Positions 12,887 through 26,374 of a stretch of 64,000 nucleotides of DNA are shown piece by piece. The notes under the pieces are model-generated. The model made no database searches. It had not been told where the DNA came from and saw only the letters and a program-made list of their open reading frames with translations. The first letter of the stretch is position 1. The number at the start of each line of letters is the position of its first letter. The position numbers and the translations under genes are program-made. The stretch is from Eledone cirrhosa (lineage: Eukaryota). The stretch spans positions 174,468,001-174,532,000 of the forward strand of contig OZ024741.1 of assembly GCA_964016885.1 (NCBI GenBank). Reading direction: 5' to 3'.

Positions 12887-13066
12887 CGAAGGAAATGTGG
12901 TAAGGAACCAGGTGGACCATAACGCACCAAAGTACTCAATACTTAGGGTAGTAGAGTGGGTAATAGGAACCAGTAAGACCCCGACGGCTGAGCTCAAGCC
13001 GTTTCGACGGCGAATTAGCCGTCGAAACGGCTTGAGCTCAGCCGTCGGGGTCTTACTGGTTCCTAT
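12886..13066 (-). mobile_element. Penelope-like pLTR remnant between (TA)n tracts with a perfect 49-bp-arm hairpin
   Basis: Arms 12963-13011 and 13018-13066 are exact reverse complements and contain GAAA-CGGC..GCCG-TC; TTGAGTAC tail motif on the minus strand. Confidence 0.6.
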
Positions 13067-13074
13067 ATATATAT

Positions 13075-13205
13075 CCCTGATGATTTCTCACGAATGAAAC
13101 AATTCTAGTCCTGTAGAAGCTCCTCTATATTAAAACTTGTATACTCTGCTATGTAATGAGTACCTTACTTACTGTGGTTACCTCTGATTCAACCGGGAAT
13201 AACTT
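13075..13205 (+). mobile_element. 5'-truncated pLTR-like remnant with a hammerhead core
   Basis: CTGATGA (13077) ... GAAAC (13096) ... GTC (13108) ... TGAGTAC ... (TA)n; the 5' strand of stem I is missing. Confidence 0.45.
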
Positions 13206-13869
13206 ATATATATATATGTATTCGGTTAAATGTACACACACACACACATATATATGTGTGTGTGTGTACATTTAACTGAATACAATACAGACAGACTATA
13301 TATATACATGCATTCGGATGTGCACACGTATATGCGTATGTACGTATATATTAGAATAAATTAGTTTGTATTGATTTTTTATTATTTCTTACATTCCTAT
13401 AAATGTGAAATCCTTGTAGTAAATTAGAGATGAAATATAAAATGTTAGGTATGTTAGTGTTTTTTTCTTTCTTTTGTGATTAATACACACACTGTACACA
13501 ATAATTTCATTATAATTATTATTATTATACGCACACACACACATATATATATTCACGCACATATATATATATATAAATATTTATGCATACACACACACAC
13601 ACACATATATATACATAGATATATAATGTATGACTCCATTTGCGCCACATGGTGGCTAAACAACACGCAGAAGTGTCTGTGTTTGTTTTTTCTTCAGTGA
13701 ATACCAACAACGATGTCAACCTCAGCCTCATTCCCTGTCTTCTGCTCTTCCACACTTTTTCAACCAACGTACAACACCACCATCACCACCACCCTCTTAG
13801 CTTTCCCCACAACTACAATAAATTCTAGGCATTGAAAAATGACGTCAAAATCAATTCTCCCAGTGTTTT

Positions 13870-14338
13870 CCTTTCTCTCTTTCTCTCTCACATGTCTCTC
13901 TTTATCACGCTTTCCCTATTACATGTCTCTCTCTCATATGTCTCTCTTTATCTCTCTCTCTCCTGTTACATATCTTTTTATCTCTCTCTCTTTCCCTATT
14001 ACATGTCTCTCTCTCCCTCTCACATGTCTCTTTTTACCCCCCTCTCTCTCACATGTCTCTCATTATCTCTCTCTCTCACACGTCTCTCTTTATCTCTCTC
14101 TCCCTGTTACATGTCTCTCTTTATCTCACCCTGTCTCTCTCTCTTACATGTCTCTATATCTCACCCTGTCTATCTCTCTCTCTCTCTCCTCTTTTTTTCT
14201 CCACATCTGTTTCTGTCTCTTTGATTTATATACTCTCATATACACATTCTTTCTCTCTCTATCACGTCTGTTTATTTTTCTCTCTCCATTACATTTGTTT
14301 TTGTCTTTCTCTGATTTATACATATACATTTTCTCTTA

Positions 14339-14415
<77 letters not shown>
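13870..14415. repeat. Degenerate CT-rich repeat (ACATGTCTCTC motif) ending in pure (CT)n
   Basis: Recurrent ACATGTCTCTCT units; (CT)n at ~14341-14415. Confidence 0.8.
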
Positions 14416-14417
<2 letters not shown>

Positions 14418-15047
14418 ATTTATCTATCTACATCATCATTGAACTTCCATTTTCCCTGCTACCAATTCCACCACATATCTGCTTCTCTTTCTTTTTTCTC
14501 ATCACATCTGTTTCTGTCCGATTTACTATATCTCTCTCACTTTCTACCCCCTCCCTTATTACCTCTACCGACATCTCTTTTTCTCCACCTTCTCTCTTTC
14601 CTCTACCTCCTATATCCTGGTGTCCTTAAGAGAGAACTATCTCTTCTTCTTCTTCTTCGTCTGGCTTTTTCATATAACAACAATACCAATCAAAACAAAC
14701 AATAATAGAACAACTTCTGTGATTATATATATGTGTGTGTATATATATTTCCCTCCACTAACACCATCATCGCCACCACACCCTTTCTCTAGGTCCCAAT
14801 CAATATATTCACCATCATGGCACTTAGTTTTGTCATTGTTATGATAATTATGGCACGATATCTTTGAATTATTTTTTATTTCCCCCTTTTTTTTCTCCAT
14901 CTTAAATGTTGTGGTCTTTTTCTTCTTTTCGTTTGTCCACTCAATCTTTATGTTATCTCGCATTTTTTATTCTCTCTCTGTCTCTCCATTTCCCTTTCTC
15001 TATTCGATATCTCTCCCGAAAAATCTGCCATGATTTGCGTGTGTGTG

Positions 15048-15078
<31 letters not shown>

Positions 15079-15544
15079 ATGTGTGTATGTATGTTGCCAG
15101 TGCTCCTGAATGTGTTTTCTATAAGGTTAAATACTTCATATCGATTTTAGGTTGAAGAAAGGATTCGTTCAGATGTGTCTTGTTTGACAGCTTCTGTTGA
15201 CTTTATTTTTTTTTCTTTAGAATTGTTGTGGTTGTTGTTGCAATCTTTAACTCTTTTGTTACAGCATTTCCAATGAAATACACTATCGATGTCTTTCAAT
15301 TAATTATAAAAATATTCAAGAATCTGAAGGGTTTTAGTAATATAATAACCTCTTATTAATGTCGAAATTAGGAATATAACTTAAAATTTTTGATACTAAA
15401 CTACTCCTGGTTCTATGTATAAAAACTGATTGTTTTTAAATATTTTATCTAAAAACCTTTCTTTATAATTTTATGTAAGAACCTTTAAGGTTCTGAACTC
15501 CAACTTAATAACGAGAAATTTATATTACAAAATCCCTCCAAATT

Positions 15545-15905
15545 CTTCAGCTGCTGCTTTGCCCACTTTTTCCTGGGATGGTGGTGGGGGGCAGAATCCA
15601 CAAACACTCCTTTCAGCGGGTCCTGTCAGAAGCAACCTTCTCCAACTGATCCGGCTGGACCCCCAAGCATGACCAGCCTAACGCTGAGTTTTTTGCTGGC
15701 TGGTTTTGCATGTAAAATCTACCCAGCAATTCTTTCCCAAGACATTCTAACCAAATACTTATAGTATCGGAGCTGTAATCTCTCAATTTGGAGAAGTAGT
15801 GGCTTTACCTGAAGTGACTCTCTAATCTCCAAGCTACACACTCTATCAGGTAACGTTACTCCAAAGACCCTTTGGATGAACCCCATTTCGGCTGCTTGTA
15901 TTCGT
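15545..15905 (-). mobile_element. RTE-clade LINE 3' fragment
   Basis: Translation IQAAEMGFIQRVFGVTLPDRVCSLEIRESLQVKPLLLQIERLQLRYYKYLVRM is a typical RTE post-RT region (xQLRWxGHxxRM). Confidence 0.8.
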
Positions 15906-15980
15906 GATTGTATTCTTAAATTCTTCATTATTTTTTAAATGTTTTGAAAATCAGGGAGTGCCTTTCATTAGAAATATGAT

Positions 15981-16167
15981 AATTGTTTCTACTTTAGGCA
16001 CAAGGCCAGCAATTACCCAGTGCATTACTGGTACTTTATTTTATCGACCCCGTAAGGATGAAAGGCAAAGTCAACCTCGGCGGGATTTGAACTCAGATCG
16101 TAAAGGGACATATAACTATGCTGGAAAGCATGGCGTCCGACCCTCTACCGATACTGCCAATCCACCG
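15981..16167 (-). mobile_element. SINE family A, young copy
   Basis: Near-identical reverse complement of 6258-6447 and of the 53635-54012 units. Confidence 0.85.
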
Positions 16168-16920
16168 TATGATAATGAAATGGTTTAAGAAAGAGTTTTG
16201 TGTTGTTTCTTACTTAAAATTTTGACTTTAACCTTTTCATTACAATATTTCTATTAAGACACTACCTATGATTTTCAAATCATTTTGCAAATAATGGAAA
16301 ATTTGGAGAGATTTAGTAATATAGCTAACTTCCACATTATTTATCCAATGTTTGGAACAAAACATATCACGGGTTATTACAGGAAATTATGATTGAAGTT
16401 CTTTAGATAAGATATAAACTAGCTCAAAATCATACCTAAAAAATTAAATTGTTTTTGTTTTCAATTTTGTCATTTTGAATAAGTATATTTTAGTTGATGG
16501 TGGTATTTAACCAGTTTGATCAAACATGCCCTTACTAAAAATGTTATCTCTGTAACATTCTCTCTGTAGTTTAAGGCATCAGCTAAACATGAACAGTTGC
16601 CTGATCTTGCAAGATGGTTCAAGAATTATAGGAAATATGTCAGGACTTTCTCTATTAGAACAATTTTGCTAAATTGAGACAAATGGATGATTCTATTGAA
16701 ATTCCATTGAAAATGTGCATAATTTTCAAGTTCTGTTTTTTCCTCCATTCAGTTCTCATTTCTCTGAAGAAGTATGTAGTTCATAATGTTACAATTAATT
16801 CCTTTTCCCCTTATCCAAAGTTTTAACCCAATAACTTCAATTTTTATTACATACAACTCTTTTTGTGCTTTCATTCTCACTCTATATATATGTGTGCGTG
16901 TCTCCCTCTCTCTCTCTCCC

Positions 16921-17002
<82 letters not shown>

Positions 17003-18711
17003 GTGATTTTGACATGAAGGGCAGAATTGCTACCATTTTCCAGTGTGTCATTAGCTGTGAATAACAATCTACTGGGGAACAATGCAAAGGAGAAAGAACA
17101 ACAACAAAATTACCACAGGGTCTATAAAAAATTACATACAGGAAGGTTTTAAGACTTGGGCAAACAATGCAGACATGTATTGATGTTGGGCCACATGTAT
17201 TACTTAGTCAAAGAAATCAATATTTTCATTGAAAAGAAATCACTGAAAGCTGAAGGAGACATTTTAACACATCTTCCTCTTTATATTCCTCACACTTACT
17301 GTGGTTCTTACAATGACATGATTTAACTTAATTATCTGGAGAAAATAAATATAAAGTAACTCAATGAAATATTTGGCTACAACCTCCTTTATTGGACAAA
17401 TTTCATTTTTTTTTATCATTCATGAAAGAAAAATAAAAGTGAATATGTTATTTTGAAGAAATTTTATTTATTAATTAATTCCTCAATTTCAATATTTCTC
17501 AGCTTGTTCCATTTAATAGAGGTGTATATGAAGATATATATAATATGTTTATGGATAAAGTCATGCTATGAATTTTTTAACACAGATCATGTCAGATATC
17601 TCTATAGCCGTGTGAGAATGTCAGACGTGTTTCTTGATTTTTTATCAAACATTGGTTACATTTACTCACTCAGTACTGAGACAAGAATAAGCTATAGCTT
17701 ATATACTTTTTGATTTAAAACATCTGCTGGTGAGGCTCATTTGCATATAGTATGAGCTTGACTAGCTAGTAGTAGCACTAACATAGCGTGATTTATAATA
17801 GTGGTGTATATGAAAGCATATACGCTATATATTTAGTGTAATAAACATATCTAAGTCTTGCTATGAATGTTTTAACATTGATCATATCACAACTATCTCA
17901 GTAGCCATGTGAGAATGCCAGACATGTGTTTCTGGATTTTTATCTGTCATCAGTGACATAGTTCGAAATGATGATGATGATGATGTTGACAATTTCATTT
18001 TTTTTTAAATTTCTCATGAAAGAAAAATATTATATATATGGTATTTTGAAGAAATTTTTATTAATTAATCCCTCTATTTCCATATTTCTCAACTTTTTCC
18101 ATTTAGTTCCATTTTTCACTGTTTTTCACATCTCTTGGGTTTTATGCTTGCATTATTCTTGAGGTCAAAGATGGTGCATTAGCAGTATTTGTCTGGCTCT
18201 TTACATTCTGAGTTCAAATCCTGTAGAGTCAGCTTTGCCTTTCGTCTTTCCAGGGTCAATAATAAAATAAGTATCAGTCACATACTGGGGTCAGTATAAT
18301 CGACAGTCCCTCCACCTTGTGCCTAAATTAGAAGTCCTTATTCTTGATAGATGTCCCAGTTTTTAGAATAAATACACTGTATCCCTGCCTGTTGTAGGAG
18401 GTGACTAAAAGGAAGAGCATCTGGCTATAAAACATTGTCTCAAAAGATCCCCACCCAACCTATGCCATCATGCAAAAGTGGACACAAAAACCATGATCAT
18501 CATCATAATCATAATGTAGGTTATCTGTCAGTTTTCATCTCCTAGAGACGGGTTTCTTGCTCAGAGAATATCTTATTTCACAAGCGATTGTTTGGTATTG
18601 CTGATTTCATTGTAGAGTTTTTCAGGCAGTTATTTTGTTATGTTTCCATGTGTACATATATAATTGGTAAAAGAAATGTGAATGTCATAGCATCATTGTG
18701 TTGTGTTTTTA

Positions 18712-19180
18712 TGTGTACATGGGTATCTGTATAAACGGTTATGGTGCATGTGTACATATGTATGTATATAAACAGTTACAGTACATATGTACATATTTAT
18801 GTATAAAAACGGTACATGTGTATGTATATAAATGGTTATAATACATGTGAACATATGTATGTATATACATGTGCACATATGTATGTATATAAATGGTTAT
18901 GGTACATGTATACATATGTATGTATATACATGGTTAAGGTACATGTCATCATCATCATCATCGTTTAACGTCCATCTTCCACGCTAGCATGGGTTAGACG
19001 GGAGTTGTCCCATTTGAGGCAAGGTTGGTCGGGTGACCGCGTCTCGCTCATATAGGACTATCTGGCAGGTTTTCTACGGCTGGATGCCCTTCTTAACACC
19101 AACCACATTTACAGTGTGTATGTATATAAACGATTATAGTACATGTGTATGTCTATAAACAGTTATGGTAGATGTGTATG
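18712..19180. repeat. Degenerate ~40-bp repeat (GGTTATGGTACATGT..ATGTATGTATATAAA) interrupted by an RTE 3'-end fragment (18946-19115, minus)
   Basis: Recurring motif that resumes at 20445-20510 after the RTE insertion. Confidence 0.6.
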
Positions 19181-19181
19181 T

Positions 19182-20445
19182 ATCATCATCATCATCATCA
19201 CCGTTTTACGTCCGTTCTTCCACGCTAACATGGGTTAGATGGGTTGTCCTGTTGTGGGCAGTGTCTGGTCGGCTGACCATGCCTTGCTCATACAGGAACT
19301 GATTTGGCTTGATTTCTACAGCTGGATGCCCTTCCTAACACCAACCTCATTTACAGTGAGTGCTGGGTGCTTTTTCGTGGTGCCTACACGTCCACTTTAC
19401 AGTGTGGGCTGGGTGCTTTTTTGCCGTGGCACCCCCACGACCACCTTGCGGTGGGGGGTGTGGGGGCATATTGTCTATATGCTTCAGCTTGTACCCATGG
19501 GAGGTCGGGTACTCTGTATTACTGCGTGACGCCAGAGGTCACGGTCGTGTGTCATTGCCTTTGAGAGGTGTAATTGGGTAAGGTCGGCTTTTATCACCTC
19601 ATCCCAGGTCATCTTGGGTCTCCCCACTCCGCGGTTTCCATCGACTTCTAGTGCTCTGCACCTTTTTATGCAGCTGTCATCCTTCATACGCATCACATGT
19701 CCATACCAGCGCAACCGCCTCTCCTGCACACAGCATTTGATTCCTCTTATGCTCAGTCTCTCTCTCAATTCATTTATGCTTTGTTGTTCACGTATATTAC
19801 TGTTACACATCCATCGGAGCATGCAGGCTTCGTTCCTCTCTAATCTACGTAAGTCTTCCACCTTCAGCGCCCAGGTCACACTACCATGCAACGTCGTTGT
19901 TCGGATACACGCATCATACCGTCTGCCTTTCATTCTGAGGGAGAAGCCTTTTGCAGCTAGCAGTGGTAGTAGTTCCCTAAACTTCTTCCATCCCATTCTT
20001 ACCCTAGTTATTGTACTTTCTGAACACCTACCTCCGCTGCTAATTCGGTCACCTAGGTAGCAGAAGCTGTCTACTGTTTCTACAGAGCCCTCCCAGAGAT
20101 TGGTGGTACTTGTTTCCTGTGGCTGTTTGCTGTCCCAGCACAGCTGCTGCATGTGAAGCCTACATTCTTAATTAAGCTTCCCGAGATCCCGCTACATCTC
20201 TTGTGTACCCATTGTTTACATTTGGGGCAGAGAATGGAGTTCCTACCTACACCTTTCCTACATACTGAGCAAGGCCATTTCCCTGAGGGGATCTGGGTTC
20301 TGTTTTCTCGTCTACTTACAAGGACCTTAGTCTTTGTCATGTTGACTTTGAGACCCTTTCTTTCTAGTCCCTGCTTCCAAGTTTGGAATTTATTCTCTAG
20401 TTCTACCATAGATTCAGCTATAAGTGCAAGGTCATCAGCATATAC
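19182..20445 (-). mobile_element. 5'-truncated RTE-like LINE: RT C-terminal half with an embedded C4HC3 finger, 3' UTR, (GAT)n tail
   Basis: YADDLALIAES at ~20442, GLKVNMTKTK, CSVC..CPKC..HKRC..CSSC, frameshift near 20100, FCYLGD, RRLRWYGHVMRM, GRPKMTW. Confidence 0.92.
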
Positions 20446-20739
20446 GGTTATGGTACATATGTATGTGTATATAAATGGTTACAGTACATATAAACAGCAA
20501 TGGTACATGAGATGGTGAATGTCAGGGAAGACTCATAATAAAGAAATAAGCTATTATCTGTATTATATGTATTGTACTTGATTTCTCACTTGTAAATCTA
20601 CACACACACACACCTATAGAAAGCAAAAGAGACATATAAATATATATAATCAATTATATGTATATACATACATATATTTAAACAATACAGGTATATATGT
20701 ATATATAATATAAGGAAGCCTTGGAGTGGGGAGACCCAA

Positions 20740-21054
20740 GAAGACCGAAGCATATAGACAGTATGTCCCCACCCGCCTCCCACTATAAAGTGGTTGTGTA
20801 GGTGTCACGACAAAAAAAAGCACCCAGTCCACACTGTAAAGTGGTCGTGTAGGTGCCACGATAAAAAAGCCCCCAGTACTCACTGTAAATGAGGTTGGTG
20901 TTAGGAAGGGCATCCAGCTGTAGAAATCAAGCCAGAATCGGTTCTTTATGAGCAAGGCTTGGTCACGTGACCTGACCACAAAAGGACAACTCGTCTAACA
21001 CATGCTAGCATGGAAGAATGGATGTGAAACGGTGATAATGAGGATGATGATGAT
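20740..21054 (+). mobile_element. RTE 3'-UTR fragment
   Basis: AAAAGCACCCAG..CACTGTAAAGTGG repeats, GGTTGGTGTTAGGAAGGGCATCCAGCTGTAGAAA, (GAT)n tail; matches 19182-19460. Confidence 0.8.
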
Positions 21055-21072
21055 TGTGTGTGTGTGTGTGTG

Positions 21073-21417
21073 AAGGTGCATGGCTTAGTGGTTAGAGTGT
21101 TGGATTCACAATAATGAGGTTGTGAATTTGAATCCCAGAACAGGCAATGTGTTGTGTACTTGAGCAAGACACTTTATTTCATGTTACTCCAGTTCATTCA
21201 GATGTAGAAATGAGTTGCGGTGTCACTGGTGCCAAACTTTATCAGCCTTTGTCTTTCCCTTGGACATCTTTGATGATGTGGAGAGAGGAGACTAGCATGT
21301 AAGGCTGGCTGCTGGTCTTTCACAAAAAAGAAAACACCTTGCCCAGGTTTGTGTCCTGGAGAAGTCCTTTCTAAGTGCCAATTCCATGGTCATTCGTGAC
21401 CGAAGAGGGTCTTTACT

Positions 21418-21420
<3 letters not shown>
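21073..21420 (+). mobile_element. tRNA/CORE-type SINE (family B) with a different tail
   Basis: A box TGGCTTAGTGG, B-box-like GAATTTGAATCC, CORE-like CTTGAGCAAGACACTTTATTTC..CTCCAGTT. Confidence 0.7.
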
Positions 21421-21477
<57 letters not shown>

Positions 21478-21542
21478 ACACTATGTACCATTGATTCCTG
21501 CATTTGTTTGTTTGGCATTTTGAACTATATATATATACATAT

Positions 21543-21875
21543 GGAGGCACATGGCTTAGTGGTTAGAGCATTGGCCTTGCAATCGAAAGGTTGTGAGTTC
21601 AATTCTCAGATTGGGTGATGTGTTGTTTCCTTGGGCAAGACACTTTATTTCACATTGCTCCAGTTTACTCAGCTGTAGAAATGAGATGATAGGACTGGGG
21701 TCCCTATCATTCCACTGCAAAGTGGTCATGGAGGTGCCATGGCAAAAAAGCACCCAGCACTCACTGTAAATGAGGTTGGTGTTAGGAAGGGCATCCAGCT
21801 GTAGAAATCAAGCCAGAATCAGTTCCCATCCCACCCTTGCAAGCAGGGAAAAAGCGGACGTAAAAATGAAATGAA
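21543..21875 (+). mobile_element. Composite SINE: tRNA head + CORE-like domain + RTE-derived tail
   Basis: Near-identical to 26809-27152; tail matches the 3' UTR of the RTE at 19182. Confidence 0.85.
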
Positions 21876-24800
21876 AAAAATGAAATGATATATTATTCCC
21901 AAAGTTTCAACATACAGAATTTTGCAAAACAAATACACACACACACCACATACATATATACACACCATACATTTATTAAAACAATAAAATATATAATACA
22001 TAGACACAAAAAAATATATGAGTATATATAATGTATATATATGCATAGACATAATAAAATGTATATATTTATGTGTGTCTATACATATATATACAAGGAG
22101 AGTGGACATTAAATGATGATGATATATATTCTAATTGTATGTGCTTATTATGTTTGTATTATGTGTGTATATATTATGTGTGTATATATTATTTCATGTA
22201 TGTGTATATTTACATGTTTTCTATCTTATGCTGTGTTTATACAGGCTTTTTAATATTGAATCTTGCTATGAAATAGCTGTGTTGTTATGTAACCTAAGTC
22301 AAATCTATTTGCACAGGGAACTAGCCAATAGATGGCTGCTTGTTGATCCAGAAATTCAATACCTTAGATATGATTTAGTTGTTGTTTTGTCCTAGATCAG
22401 TTTGATTCAGCAGAACCTTAAATCAAACATTCCAGCCATCACCATCTTGTCTTATTTTTTCAAACATAATGTATCTTCAATAGCGCTTTGCAAATTTTTC
22501 CCATTGGTAGGCAAAACATTTTTCAAAATTAAAATATTTTTATGTCATATTAAGTTTTATTAGTGACACAAAATTAACAAAATGAAAAATTGCATATCTT
22601 GTGTCAGTAATCACATGTTTAATTATACACAAAGTTGTCAGATCTCAGATATATTCTTCACAGTCAAATCATCATCAGCATCATTTTTATGTTCACTTTT
22701 CTATTGCAGGCATGAGTTGGATTGGATGTTTTGAGGCAATGTTTTTACAGCCAAGTACCTTTCCTGACATTAACCCTTTTAGCCCCTTCTTACAATGCAC
22801 AGTGATATGAAGTACCTATTCTAAACCAGATATATAAATATTCATAAAAATTAATCAAATTTCAATTAGTTTTGTGGACACACATAGAGTTTCATGAGTG
22901 CAGGGTGTGGTTTGAGGGAGATTTAGAAGCTATTTACAGCATGTTGAATGAATATGTTGAGGCTCCTACTTTAGATCAAGATATAATTTAGTTCTTGTTC
23001 TAAATACATATTTTGGTCACTTTAGGTTGTCAATCTTAGCTGAATCTTACTTACTGTTTTCATTCTCAAATGTAACAAGTTCAACAGTTGACATTGGTTT
23101 AACCCCTTTGATACTAATCCAACCAAAACTGCCCCTGGTTCAATGGAAGAAAAGGGTTCTAGTTTAAATTAAAACTTCCCAACATAATTTGATATCAAAA
23201 AGACCTTTTGGTAAAGGTTAGAAATACTATCTTAACGTTTCTAACATAGACACATGACCAGTAATTTAAGGGGAGGGGAAATAGATTAAATCGACCCCAT
23301 TACTTCATTGATACTTAATTTTATCAAACTTGGAAAGATAAAAGGCAAAGCTGGTCTCAGTTGGATTTGACCTCAGAACATAAAGAGCCATAACTAGATG
23401 CTACAAAGTATTTTGTCTGATGTTTTAATGATTCCACCAATCCACCAACCTCTACTATCTTAATGATGAAATAATGAATAATTTCTTTAAATCCCTTCAA
23501 ATTATTCATTAATTAATAGAAAAACAGTGTATGTCATTAGAAATATGGTTAGGAAAGGTTTAATTTTTTTCTCCTTTTCTGTCTACAGAGAGAAATTACA
23601 AAATGACAGTAGTTTGATTTTAGTGTATCATGTCTCTTCTGGATATGTTTCACAGAGCTTACAAGCTGAATCTCTCCTCTTTTGGAATTATTAATGACAT
23701 CTGTATGACATGCAAGAATATAAACACACATATATGACAGGGTTCACCTATTTAGGCCACGGTTGATCTGGGGCTAAACAAACCAACCACAACTATTTCT
23801 CTATCATTAATACCATGTTGTATTATAGGAAAACATAGATTTTAGCCATCACTACATGTTTAAACAAATTAAGATTACATCTCATAGTGGTGCCATGAGA
23901 AAACAAACTCCAGTACATGCTGTAAAGTGGTTGATGTTAGGAAGGGCATCCATCTGTAGAGACCTTGCCAAAATGGGATATATGAGCAAGACAGTCATCT
24001 GTCCTGTCTCTCTAGCCTCAGAATGTGACAGCTCATGCAAGTATAGAAAATGGACATAAAATGGTGATGAGAATGATGATAATAAATACATTGGACAGTT
24101 GTAAAGGCTCTCTTTTGTTTATACAACCTCCTGTGAATAGAAAGAGACGGATCAGCTGGTCAATAGTTTCAATTGTCTTTACACTTTCTTTAGTAACCAT
24201 TTACCCACTTTAACTAATCACTTGTATTTAAAGCAACTATCATGAACATTGATTGGTGCTTATTGTTAATGATAGGCAGGATCATGACACCATCTGCTGC
24301 AGATTTTGAAAACCTGTATGCCTATAAGTTAGCTCATTGATGGTCTTATGAGAGAATTCATTATGAATGAAAGTCAGACGTTAGCATGTAGGTGGGTGTT
24401 ATTGTCTTGTTCTGGGTAGTTAGTATGTAGCCTGAAAGTGATGCATGGGAAAGCCAATAAAGGAGTTGTGTAATATTCAACCTTTTCACAATCTGATTCT
24501 CATAAAATATGTTGAATGTGTTTCAATAAATTTTGAAAATAATAAAGAATTCTGAAGAATTTAGCAAAATAACTTTTTTCATTAAGTTGGTGTAAAAAAC
24601 AGTCCTTACATAAAATTATGATGGAAGGTTTTAATTTAGATGTAAACACTTTAAAAGGGACAGTTTTATCACAGAATCAAAGGCAGTTTCAAACAAGTTG
24701 CTATCAAAAGGGTTATAGTCACCATAATTAAATTGAGATTAAATGAATTTAAACTTCAGCAGGATTTGAACTTAGAGTGCAGAAAGCCAAAACAAAAATA

Positions 24801-25399
24801 TGTTTGAAGATTTTAATTTAAATAGGAACTCTTTCAAATAAGTGCCTTTTTTTCATAGAACTGGAACAATTTTTGGCTGTGTTGGTATCAAAAGGACTAG
24901 ATAGGACCTTTTTAAAATTGGTGGTTTTGTTTCATAGAACCAAATTTGCTTTTGGCTAGGTTGAAGCAGCCATATTTACCAAGAATGCCAGTAAAAGGTT
25001 GTGTAAATTACATGTAAATATCACAACTGAGGGAATTGACAGCTTGTTGACCTGTCAATCAATAAGGTTGACATGTAAAATGCCACCACTGCCAGTGGTG
25101 GTCATAGTGGGGATACTCTGTCACATTACTTTATAGACATTGTATGTGTGTGTGAGAGAGAGAGAGAGTGAGATATGATGTGTTGTTCTCTGTCAACAGT
25201 AGAGCAGACAGGGTGTTTATATAATGATAGCTGCTTCATTAGTTTTTCAGTGCAAGTGGTGGTGGGGGGTTAAACTGTAACATAGGTTGTAGTTTTTGAG
25301 AGGATGGTTTTGTAAAACTGACTTTTGCTTGATAGGGTTATCCTTATCATCATCATTTTAAGCCTTTCTTTCTATGATACACACACATGCATGTTTATA

Positions 25400-25830
25400 C
25401 ATAGTGCCATAATAAAATGCATTCAGCCCACTCTGTAACATGGCAGTGCTAATTCTATGATAAAATACACTCTGTAAAGTGGTAGTGCTGGTGCCATGAT
25501 AAAATGCACCCAGCCCACTCTGTAACATGGATGTGCTAATTCTATGATAAAATGCACCCATAACACTCTGTAAAGTGGTAGTGCTGGTGCCATGATAAAA
25601 TGCACCCAGCCCACTCTGTAACATGGCAGTGCTAGTTCTATGATAAAATGCACCCAGCCAAAGTAGTAGTGCTGGTGCCATGATAAAATGTAGCTTGTAC
25701 TCTCCGTAATGTAGTTGGCATTAGGAAGGGCATCCAACCATAGAAACCGTGCTGAAATAGAACCTATGAGCAGGACGTGACAGCCTGCCCAATGTATGCG
25801 AGCATGTAAAACAATGACTGTGATGTATGT
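25400..25830 (+). repeat. RTE-3'UTR-type element with ~6 tandem ~47-bp internal units
   Basis: Repeated ATAAAATGCACCCAGCCCACTCTGTAA..GTGCT..ATG followed by GTTGGCATTAGGAAGGGCATCC. Confidence 0.7.
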
Positions 25831-25839
25831 ATATACATC

Positions 25840-26100
25840 TTTTCTTCGTTCACTTATTCCTGAGGGAGTCATGGGGGTAGAGTCCTCAAACACTCTCTCC
25901 AACGAGTCCTGTCAAAAGCAATCATCTCCAACTGATCCGGCTGGATCCCCAAGCATGACCAACCAAGCTCATGGATGTTATCCAACCATCTTGCTTGTAG
26001 TCTACCCTTGGGTCTCCTAACTGTTGGTTTCACTTGTAAAATCTGTCCTGAGACATTCTAACCACATGCCCATAGTATCAGAGCTGTGATCTCTCAATTT
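25840..26100 (-). mobile_element. RTE-clade LINE 3' fragment
   Basis: Homologous to 7027-7234 and 15545-15800. Confidence 0.7.
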
Positions 26101-26310
26101 GAAATGCAGTTTCTTGCAATTCCAAGTTTTGACAACTGTTGTGAACAACCAGTGAATGAAACTTGTATTACAAGTAACTGTTTGTATAAATATTAAATAA
26201 AATAAATTATCACTCTACTCAATGTGTACAGGTTTGTCATCAGATGTTAGCAACCTGTAAAACAGCTACCAGCATATTTCTTACAATAATTACATTATGA
26301 TATATACATG

Positions 26311-26374
<64 letters not shown>

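Noticed and set aside
17399-18105. Local duplicated AT-rich blocks (17399-17515/17991-18105 and 17521-17645/17802-17945)
   Set aside because: Real but old and diverged, with no coding or structural signal.
21543-21615. tRNA-like sequences with A/B boxes
   Set aside because: They are SINE heads: no complete cloverleaf, and they continue into CORE/Meta-like domains in multiple copies.
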